A stretch of 64,000 nt of DNA from Nannocystis bainbridge. Its GTDB lineage: Bacteria > Myxococcota_A > Polyangia > Nannocystales > Nannocystaceae. Location: NCBI RefSeq assembly GCF_028368995.1, contig NZ_JAQNDL010000004.1, forward strand, positions 512,001-576,000, in the 5' to 3' direction. Shown one piece after another: positions 1-7,596 of the stretch. Under the pieces are notes generated by a model. The model saw nothing but the letters and a program-made list of their open reading frames with translations, ran no database searches and was not told the DNA's origin. The translations under genes were made by a program, and so were the position numbers. How positions within the stretch are numbered: the stretch's first letter is position 1; the number at the start of each line of letters is the position of its first letter.

Positions 1-1
1 C

Positions 2-736
2 CTCTATGCGACGATGGGCCGCTGCGAGCAGCAGGGCTCGTACCTGGCCGGGCAGCAGGACGCGCCGGTCGCCGAGGGCAAGGCCGACGACCTGTCGAGC
101 TACGTCGCCTACGCGCTCGACGACGTGCAGTCGTCGTGGCAGGCGCGCTCGCCGATCGCGGTGTCGGGCGCCGGGCCGACGCCGTACCAGAAGGCCAAGC
201 TGGTGCTGTTCACCGACCGGACCCCGACCGGCTGCGGCTACGGCGAGGCGGCGTCGGGTCCGTTCTACTGCCCGGCCGATCAGCGCGTGTACATCGACCT
301 CGGGTTCTACCGCGAGCTGCGCGACCGCCTCGGGGCCACCGGTGATTTCGCCCAGGCCTACGTGATCGCCCACGAGGTCGCGCATCACCTGCAGAACCTG
401 CTCGGGCTGTCCGACAAGGTCCACGCCGCGTCGCCGCGCCAGCTGCAGGGGCCCGGCGGGCTGTCGGTGCGGCTCGAGCTGCAGGCCGACTGCCTCGCCG
501 GCGTGTGGGCCCGCGACGCCGAGCTGCGCGGCAAGCTCGACCCGGGCGACATCGACGAGGCGATGCGCGCGGCCGAGGCGATCGGCGACGACCGCCTGCA
601 GAAGATGGCGCGCGGCACGGTCCAGCCGGAGTCGTTCAGCCACGGGACGTCGCAGCAGCGCGCGCGGTGGTTCGCCCGCGGCCACGACTCGCACGACCCG
701 GCCCGCTGCGACACCTTCAACGCGGCCGAGCTTTGA
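2..736 (+). CDS. Neutral zinc metallopeptidase (YpfJ-like family), 5'-truncated by window edge
   Basis: HEVAHH zincin motif, [22 protein letters not shown] and SHGTSQQR motifs typical of the YpfJ/Zn_peptidase family; the frame is open from base 2. Confidence 0.9.
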   Translation, partial: LYATMGRCEQQGSYLAGQQDAPVAEGKADDLSSYVAYALDDVQSSWQARSPIAVSGAGPTPYQKAKLVLFTDRTPTGCGYGEAASGPFYCPADQRVYIDLGFYRELRDRLGATGDFAQAYVIAHEVAHHLQNLLGLSDKVHAASPRQLQGPGGLSVRLELQADCLAGVWARDAELRGKLDPGDIDEAMRAAEAIGDDRLQKMARGTVQPESFSHGTSQQRARWFARGHDSHDPARCDTFNAAEL

Positions 737-782
737 TGTGAACCTCGGGACATGTCGTGTCGGACATGTCCCGAAGGTCACG
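737..782. repeat. 14-bp-phased TGTCC-N4-GGACA array (about 3 units)
   Basis: Junction tetramers at 737, 751, 765 and 779, immediately after the peptidase stop. Confidence 0.75.
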
Positions 783-973
783 CACCTGAGGAGTGCGGCG
801 CGCGTGGCGCGCGCCGCTCGAGGGCGAATGTCAAAGCAAGACATCCGTCCGCGGGGCGCTGGTGGAGGCGGGTGCGCGCGGCTTTATGAATGCGGCTTAA
901 CGCCGGGTTCACCGCGAGCCGCGAGTACAGCGTTCATGCTGGCCGGGCCGCGCAGCGCGGCGCTCGGTGCTTC

Positions 974-3900
974 ATGTCGACCGCCACGGCCCATCCGCTT
1001 TCGTTCGACGCGCCGCCGCAGCCCGCGGCGCGCCCCGACGTGCGCGAGCGCCTGCAGGCGGCGCTGGAGCACGCGTCGCACTACTTGCCGGCCCAGGCGC
1101 CGCTCGAGGTGTTCGTCCACCACAACACGCTGCACGCGTTCCAGCACCTGCCGTTCCACGCGGCGATCCGCGAGGCCCAGACCAAGCTGCGGGTCCGCGG
1201 GTACCTGACCAAAGAGACATATCGTGAGTTGTTGGCGAGCGGACGGATCCGCGAGGACGACCTCGACGCGGTGCTGGCCGACGAGCGGTTCCCGGGCGAG
1301 CCGATCGCGCCCGGGTTCCCGAGCCGCGACGTCGCCGCGGCGCTGGTGATCCGCCACGGGGTCGGCGCCGAGACGATCGCCCACCTGCGCTGGAACCTGG
1401 TCGAGAAGGACGCGGCCAACCGGTTCGACGGCGACATCCGCCAGGGGCCGCGCGACGCGATCGTCCGCAGCACGCGGGCCTGGCTCGAGCAGGAGGTCGC
1501 GGCCGCCGGCGGGCCGGCGGGCGCGCGCGAGGTCGCGGCCAAGGTCGTGAGCCCGACGCCCGGCGAGCGCGCCCTCGATCCGCTGCGCAAGCTCGGCGCG
1601 CTGCTCGGCCGCCGCGTCGACCCACGCGACCTGATGGGGGCGTTCGCGTGCAACCCGGAGCTGTTCTCGGTGCGCGCGCTGTGGACCGCCTGCGTCCGCG
1701 CGTGCGAGCACCTCGAGGGCCAGCCGTGCCCGCAGGACACGCCGGCGGTGTTTCATCGCGACCTGCTGCTGCGCACCAGCGGCGAGGATCCGAACGACCT
1801 GGTCCACGCCCACCTGATCCCGCTGTGCGCGGCGTTCCTCGACCGCGGGCAGTCGTACTGGACGATGCCGGACCGCGAGCGCGGGTTCTTCCGCGCGTGG
1901 TCGAAGGTGCTGTCGTCGGGCCTCGGCGTGCGCCCGGCGTGGCTGGCGGGCCTCGGCGAGCGTCTGCGCGACTGGGACGCGCGCAAGCTCGGGGCCGAGG
2001 ACGTGGTGGTCGAGCTGCTGGCCGAGCTCGGGATCGCCGACGACGAGCTCGCGGCGTTCGTCGAGCACACGCTGCTGCAGCTGCCGGGGTGGGCGGGGAT
2101 GTTCCACCGGCTGGAGAGCGCGCCGGGGCCGATCGGTCGCACGCGCGCGCAGGTCCACTTGATCGACTACATGGCGGTGCGGCTGACGCTCGACCTGTTC
2201 GCGTACTGCGACGTCGGGGCGCGGCTCGGCCTGCGCGGCCAGGCCCGCGCGATCCGGGCGGCCTGCGCCGGGCTGCCGCAGATCTCGGGGCCGAAGCAGC
2301 GCGGCCGCCACGACACCTCGTGGCCGCTGTTCCGCCTGTGTCAGCTCGCGGGGGTGTCGGCGGCGACGATCTACGCGGCCAGCCGGGCCGACGTCGAGGC
2401 GGTGCTGGCGTTCCTCGACGAGCTCGACGAGCCGACCCGGCTGCGCGTGCTCCACGAGGCGTACGAGCGCCGCTACCGGGTCGAGCTGCTCGACGCGCTG
2501 GCGGCCAACCTGGCCGCGCCGCCGCCGGTGACGACGCGGCCGCGGCATCAGGTGGTGTTCTGCATCGACGATCGCTTCGAGTCGTCGCGCCGCCACCTCG
2601 AGGAGATCGCGCCCGAGTGCGAGACCCTCGGCGCGGCCGGGTTCTTCGGCCTGGCGATCGCGTACCAGGGCATCGACGATCCGAGCACGTTCCCGCTGTG
2701 CCCGGTGGTGGTCGAGCCGCAGCACCGGATCGAGGAGCAGGCGCTGACGCGGCAGTTCAGCATCGCCGAGCTGCGCGCGAGCCGGCGCCGCCAGCTGGGC
2801 GAGATCGAGACGGCGTGGGGCCGGATGTCGCGCTCGCTGCTGCTCGGCTCGATCGTCACCGCGGTCGCCGGGTTCTTCGCCGCGATCCCGCTGCTGGCGA
2901 GCGTGTTCTCGCCGCGCGCGGCCGGGCGGATGCGCAAGGCGATCGCGCGCTGGTGGCTGCCCGAGCCGATGACCCGGCTGACGGAGCTGCGCGCCGAGCA
3001 GGACGGGACGCGCACGGCGCAGGTGATGTCGGGCTTCACGCTCGACGAGATGGCGACCCGGGTGGCGTCGCTGCTCGAGAACATGGGGATCGTGCACCGG
3101 TTCGGGAAGCTGATCGTGGTGCTCGGCCACGACTCGTCGAGCGTCAACAACCCGTACTTCCCGGCCTACTCGTGCGGGGCGTGCGGCGGCCGCTCGGGCG
3201 GGCCCAACGCGCGGCTGTTCGCGCGCATGGCCAATCAGTCGGGGGTGCGCGAGCGACTGGCAGCGCGCGGGATCGAGGTGCCGGCCGACACGGTGTTCGT
3301 CGGCGGGCTCTACGACACCGCCAACGACATGATCCGCCTCTACGACGCCGAGGACCTGCCCGACGCGGCGCTGCTCGAGCTGCGGGTGCTGTCGCCGCAG
3401 CTCGAAGAGATGTGCCGCCGCAACGCGCACGAGCGCTGCCGCCGGTTCGCGGCGGCGCCGCGGCGGGCCTCGCCCGAGCGCGACCAGCGGCACGTCGAGG
3501 GCCGCGCGTTCGACCTGGCGCAGGCGCGCCCGGAGCTCGGCCACGCGACCAATGCGGCCTGCTTCGTCGGCCGGCGCCCGCTGACCGCGGGCCTGTTCCT
3601 CGACCGGCGGGCGTTCCTCGTCTCGTACGATCCGGAGCAAGATCCGAAGGGCGCGATCCTCGAGCGGATCTTGCTGGCCGTCGGCCCCGTCGGCGCCGGC
3701 ATCAACCTCGAGTATTTCTTCTCGACCGTCGACGCCGAGCGGCTCGGCGCCGGGACCAAGCTGCCGCACAACGTCACCGGCCTGTTCGGGGTCATGAACG
3801 GGGCCAGCAGCGACCTGCGGACCGGGCTGCCGCGGCAGATGACGGAGATCCACGAGCCGGTGCGGCTGCACCTGGTGGTCGAGGCGACGCCGGCGACGCT

Positions 3901-4126
3901 GCTGGCGATCGCGGGCCGCCAGCCGATCGTCGCCGAGCTGGTGACGAACGAGTGGCTGCGGCTGTGCGCGGTCGACCCGGACACGCGCGCGATCCAGGTG
4001 TTCGACGCCCGCTTCGGCTTCCGCCCCTACACGCCCGTCAGCGCCGGGCTGCCGCGCGTCGCTCGCTCCGGCGACTGGTACGCCGGGCGCGACGGGTTCT
4101 TGCCGCCGGCGCTGATCCGTCCCTGA
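974..4126 (+). CDS. dabA: DabA/DUF2309 (UPF0753) inorganic carbon transporter subunit, beta-CA-like
   Basis: LPAQAPLEVFVHHNTLHAF N-terminus; FCIDDR (C,D ligands); GHDSSSVNNP...CGACGG (H,C ligands); RPELGHATNA, LDRRAFLVSYD, INLEYFFSTVD, GAGTKLPHNV, HEPVRL. ATG 974 preferred over 890. Confidence 0.92.
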   Translation: MSTATAHPLSFDAPPQPAARPDVRERLQAALEHASHYLPAQAPLEVFVHHNTLHAFQHLPFHAAIREAQTKLRVRGYLTKETYRELLASGRIREDDLDAVLADERFPGEPIAPGFPSRDVAAALVIRHGVGAETIAHLRWNLVEKDAANRFDGDIRQGPRDAIVRSTRAWLEQEVAAAGGPAGAREVAAKVVSPTPGERALDPLRKLGALLGRRVDPRDLMGAFACNPELFSVRALWTACVRACEHLEGQPCPQDTPAVFHRDLLLRTSGEDPNDLVHAHLIPLCAAFLDRGQSYWTMPDRERGFFRAWSKVLSSGLGVRPAWLAGLGERLRDWDARKLGAEDVVVELLAELGIADDELAAFVEHTLLQLPGWAGMFHRLESAPGPIGRTRAQVHLIDYMAVRLTLDLFAYCDVGARLGLRGQARAIRAACAGLPQISGPKQRGRHDTSWPLFRLCQLAGVSAATIYAASRADVEAVLAFLDELDEPTRLRVLHEAYERRYRVELLDALAANLAAPPPVTTRPRHQVVFCIDDRFESSRRHLEEIAPECETLGAAGFFGLAIAYQGIDDPSTFPLCPVVVEPQHRIEEQALTRQFSIAELRASRRRQLGEIETAWGRMSRSLLLGSIVTAVAGFFAAIPLLASVFSPRAAGRMRKAIARWWLPEPMTRLTELRAEQDGTRTAQVMSGFTLDEMATRVASLLENMGIVHRFGKLIVVLGHDSSSVNNPYFPAYSCGACGGRSGGPNARLFARMANQSGVRERLAARGIEVPADTVFVGGLYDTANDMIRLYDAEDLPDAALLELRVLSPQLEEMCRRNAHERCRRFAAAPRRASPERDQRHVEGRAFDLAQARPELGHATNAACFVGRRPLTAGLFLDRRAFLVSYDPEQDPKGAILERILLAVGPVGAGINLEYFFSTVDAERLGAGTKLPHNVTGLFGVMNGASSDLRTGLPRQMTEIHEPVRLHLVVEATPATLLAIAGRQPIVAELVTNEWLRLCAVDPDTRAIQVFDARFGFRPYTPVSAGLPRVARSGDWYAGRDGFLPPALIRP

Positions 4127-4221
4127 CCTTTCGGACATGTTATTCAAGACATGCTCGAATCCACCCCGCTGCTGCCGATCCGTCCCTGACCTTTCGGACA
4201 TGGTCTTCGCGTCATGCTCGA
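4114..4221 (+). repeat. Imperfect 45-bp direct duplication of the dabA-stop/dabB-start junction (period 63)
   Basis: gatccgtccctgacctttcggacatg is exact at 4114-4139 and 4177-4202, and each copy is followed by ...catgctcga. Confidence 0.9.
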
Positions 4222-5554
4222 CCCCAACACGCTCGCACACGTGATCGCGCTGGCCCCGGCCGCGCCGGCGCTCGGCGGCCTCGTCATCGCCGTCCTGCTG
4301 GCGGCGCGGCTGGCCGGCGAGCGCGTGGTGGCGGCGGTGGCCCAGACGGCGATCGGCCTGGGCCTGTTGGGCCTGCTGGTGGGCTTGGTCGGCTGGGCGC
4401 TCGGGCCCGCGGGTCCGCTCGAGCTCGGGTTCGGCTCGTGGTACTCGGGCGCGGGCTACGACTTCCGCATCGACCTGCTGATCGACGGCCGCTCGGCGGC
4501 GGTGTCGGCCCTGGTGTCGCTGCTGCTGCTGGCGACCAGCCGGTTCTCGATCGCGTACCTGCACCGCGAGCCGGGCTTCAACCGGTTCTTCCTGCTGATG
4601 CTGCTGTTCGGCGCGGGCATGCAGACGCTGGTGCTGGCGGGCAACCTCGAGCTGCTGTTCGTCGGCTGGGAGATCGTCGGCATGACCTCGGTGCTGCTGG
4701 TCGGGTTCTTCCACGACCGCCAGGGGCCGGTGAAGGCGGCGACCCGGGTGCTGGTGACGTACCGGCTGTGTGACATCGGCCTGCTGACCGCGGGGGTGTC
4801 GCTGCATCGCTGGCTGCACACGAGCGACTGGATGGCGGCCGAGCAGGCGGCGCTGACGAGCCCGTGGCCTGCGACGTTCGTCGGCCTGTCGCTGGTGTTC
4901 GCGGCGATGGGCAAGTCGGCCCAGTTCCCGCTCGGGGGCTGGCTGCCGCGGGCGATGGAGGGGCCGACGGCCTCGTCGGCGGTGTTCTACGGCAGCCTCT
5001 CGGTGCACGCGGGGGTGTACCTGCTGCTGCGCGCGGCGCCGCTGCTCGAGCACTCGCTGGCGGCGCAGACGATGATGATCACGGTCGGCGCGATCACGGC
5101 GGTGATCTCGGCGATGAGCAGCCAGGCGAGCCCGGACGCGAAGTCGGCGGTGGCCTACGCGACGGCCAGCCAGGTCGGGCTGATGTTCGTCGAGATCGGG
5201 TTCGGGCTCTACACGATCGCGACGGTCCACCTCGTGGCCCACGCGATGCTGCGCTACTACCAGTTCCTGCGCACGCCATCGGCCTTGCAGGACGCGCTGG
5301 CCCGCCGCGCGGCGCTCGGCCGCACGGAGGCCGACGAGGGCGCGGTCCGCTGGGAGGCGCTCGGGCTGCGCACGCGCCGTTACGTGTACCGCATGGCGAT
5401 CGAGCGCTTCGACGTCGAGATCGCGCTCGACCGCTATGTGGTGCGCCCGGTGATGGCGCTGTCGCGCCGGCTCGATCGCCTCGAGTCGCAGCTGCTGGCG
5501 CTGCACGGCGAGTCGGACCGGCGCGGGCGCGGGTCGAAGGAGGATCGGCGATGA
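4214..5554 (+). CDS. dabB: DabB-like proton-conducting membrane subunit (NuoL/MrpA family)
   Basis: Highly hydrophobic; LFVGWEIVG, YRLCDIGL, GKSAQFPLGGWLPRAMEGPTASSA, SQVGLMF, HLVAHA; adjacent to dabA. Confidence 0.85.
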   Translation: MLDPNTLAHVIALAPAAPALGGLVIAVLLAARLAGERVVAAVAQTAIGLGLLGLLVGLVGWALGPAGPLELGFGSWYSGAGYDFRIDLLIDGRSAAVSALVSLLLLATSRFSIAYLHREPGFNRFFLLMLLFGAGMQTLVLAGNLELLFVGWEIVGMTSVLLVGFFHDRQGPVKAATRVLVTYRLCDIGLLTAGVSLHRWLHTSDWMAAEQAALTSPWPATFVGLSLVFAAMGKSAQFPLGGWLPRAMEGPTASSAVFYGSLSVHAGVYLLLRAAPLLEHSLAAQTMMITVGAITAVISAMSSQASPDAKSAVAYATASQVGLMFVEIGFGLYTIATVHLVAHAMLRYYQFLRTPSALQDALARRAALGRTEADEGAVRWEALGLRTRRYVYRMAIERFDVEIALDRYVVRPVMALSRRLDRLESQLLALHGESDRRGRGSKEDRR

Positions 5555-7023
5555 ACGCGTGGGTGCAGTACTCGCTGATCGTGCTGTGGCTGATGCCGCT
5601 GCTGGCCGCGGCGGCGCTGCGCTGGGGGGTGCGCGGGGCGAGCAAGCAGCGCGCGCTGGCGCTGGGGTTCGCGCTGCCGATCTTCGTGATCGCGTGCGCG
5701 CTGTTCGTCCACGAGGGCACGCGCCACGCGTACGCGGAGGATCACCTCGAGCAGGGTCTGGGCTGGTGGCACAGTCACTTCGCGATCGACGGGCTGAACG
5801 CGGTGCTGCTGCCGCTGACGGCCGGGCTGACGCTGGTGGCGCTGCTGATGACGCCGCGCGCCGACATGCGCGCGGGGCTGGCGGCCAAGATCATGGTGGT
5901 CGAGGGGGCGCTGATGGGCAGCTTCCTCGCGCTCGACGCGGGGGTGCTGTCAGGCTTCGTGGTGCTGTCGCTGCTGCCGCTGTGGTTCGACGCCAGGCAC
6001 CGCGGGTCGCGGCCGCTGCAGGTGATCCTGAAGTCGCTGGTGGTGGCGACGGGGCTGGCGCTGACGGTGGCGATGGTCGGGCTGGCGCTCGAGGCGTCGG
6101 CGGCGGGGGTGCAAAACCCGCTGGACCTGGTGGCGCTGGCCAAGAGCACGTACACGCCGTCGCCGTGGATCGGGACGCTGGTCCTGGCGGTGGCGCTGCT
6201 GCGCATGGGGATCGTGCCGCTGCACCTGTGGTTCCCGGCGACGGCGCAGCACAGCACGCCGCACCTGGCCCTCGTGACATGTTTGACGCCGCTCGGGTCG
6301 TTCATGCTGGCCCGCCTGGCGCTGGCGATCTTCCCGCGGGTGTTCGGACCGGCGGCGCCGCTGCTGATGGCGCTGGGGGTGGTCACTGCGCTGTACGGGG
6401 CGTTCCTGGCGCTGGGACAGTTCGACCTGCGCCGGATCGTGGCGTGGTTCTGGGTCAGCCAGTCCGGGCTGGTGCTGGCAGGCTTCGCAGGGCTCGACGA
6501 CGCGAGCGTGTCCGGGGCGCTGCTGCAGGCGATGTCGACGGTGGTGGAGTGCGGGGGGCTGATGCTGCTGACGCTGGCGGTGGAGGTGCGGGCGAACACG
6601 ACGGACCTGCGCAAGCTCGGGGGGCTGGCCCACAATGCGCCGCGGATGGCGACGGCGTACCTGATCCTGGCAGCCGCGGCGGTGGGGTTCCCGGGGACGA
6701 TCTCGTTCGTGGCGGAGGACCTGGTCGGGCAAGGGCTGCTGCGCGAGCACCCGTTCGTGGTGGGGCTGCTGTTCATCGTGACGGCGGTGAACGGGATCAC
6801 GCTGTGGCGGGCGTTCAAGCGCACGTTCCTGGGGCCGCCGTCGCCGCACGCGGACGATCTGCGCGGGTTCGAGGATCTGCGGCAGTGGGAGACGTATGCG
6901 ATCGCGGGGATGATCGGGACGCTGCTGCTCGGGGGGTTCCTGCCGGAGCCGCTGCTGGCGGTGCGGCGCGGGGTAGTCGATGCGATTGGGCGTATCGAGG
7001 CGCCGGTGGTCGACGGGCATTGA
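5551..7023 (+). CDS. NuoM/MrpD-like proton-conducting membrane subunit
   Basis: ATG overlaps the upstream stop (ATGA) and follows an AGGAGG RBS; IDGLN, RMGIVPLHLWFP, LGGLAHNAP, GFPGTISFVAEDL motifs; multiple TM segments. Confidence 0.85.
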   Translation: MNAWVQYSLIVLWLMPLLAAAALRWGVRGASKQRALALGFALPIFVIACALFVHEGTRHAYAEDHLEQGLGWWHSHFAIDGLNAVLLPLTAGLTLVALLMTPRADMRAGLAAKIMVVEGALMGSFLALDAGVLSGFVVLSLLPLWFDARHRGSRPLQVILKSLVVATGLALTVAMVGLALEASAAGVQNPLDLVALAKSTYTPSPWIGTLVLAVALLRMGIVPLHLWFPATAQHSTPHLALVTCLTPLGSFMLARLALAIFPRVFGPAAPLLMALGVVTALYGAFLALGQFDLRRIVAWFWVSQSGLVLAGFAGLDDASVSGALLQAMSTVVECGGLMLLTLAVEVRANTTDLRKLGGLAHNAPRMATAYLILAAAAVGFPGTISFVAEDLVGQGLLREHPFVVGLLFIVTAVNGITLWRAFKRTFLGPPSPHADDLRGFEDLRQWETYAIAGMIGTLLLGGFLPEPLLAVRRGVVDAIGRIEAPVVDGH

Positions 7024-7045
7024 GCGGGCTCGCGTTTGCGGGGGG

Positions 7046-7420
7046 CGGGGGGTTCGCGTATTGCCGGATGTGACTCGCAAGGGGTCCGGGGATGACTCGG
7101 CTGCGAGTTCAGCGTCCCGATGACACCTCCTGCGTCGGGGTCATCCTGGCCTCGTATTCGCATCCGAGCCATCCCCGGACCCCGTGCACGACACAGCCGT
7201 GAGAAGCCGACCCTCCGTCGTGGGCTTCGATGTCGGCTGGTCTTCGGGACAGGTCGCTTGCGGCCTGTTCGACGGCCGTTCGGCCGCCGAACAGACCGCT
7301 TTCTGGGGTCCTTTCGGAGGGCCCCCGAGGGCCGGGGGGGCGCGTATTGCCGGATGAGCGGTTCGAGGGGTCCGGGGATGACTCGGCGGCGAGTTCAGCT
7401 TCCCGAGGACCCTCTTGCGT
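7046..7420. repeat. Duplicated ~85-bp element; the first copy is part of a long hairpin (MITE/REP-like)
   Basis: cgcgtattgccggatg...ggggtccggggatgactcggcNgcgagttcagcNtcccga at ~7055-7135 and ~7341-7420; arm 7081-7107 pairs with 7157-7183. Confidence 0.8.
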
Positions 7421-7478
7421 TCGGCTCGGTTCGGCTCGGGAGCGGCCTGGTGAGGCGATGAGAGAGGGCTTGATGGAG

Positions 7479-7583
7479 GATGGCCTTCAAGACATGTCGA
7501 TGAGGACATGTCTCGGGGCGTGATGCGCTGAGGACGATGTGGCCTTCGGGGCATGTTCATGAGGACATGTCTCGGAAGACTTG
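7479..7583. repeat. 14-bp-phased TGTCC-N4-GGACA arrays at a convergent junction
   Basis: Junction tetramers at 7479/7493/7507 and 7552/7566/7580. Confidence 0.8.
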
Positions 7584-7596
7584 TTGTGACGGCGAG

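Noticed and set aside
884-5506. Very long antisense or alternate-frame ORFs (1540 aa here; also 1648-4773, 10941-13844, 24216-26951, 49385-51823, 59804-62848 and others)
   Set aside because: Arg/Ala/Gly/Pro-rich shadow frames expected at this GC content; they overlap genes with clear family motifs.
4214-7023. Respiratory complex I nuoL/nuoM or an Mrp antiporter operon
   Set aside because: No other nuo or mrp genes are present, and adjacency to DUF2309 points to a Dab-type system.
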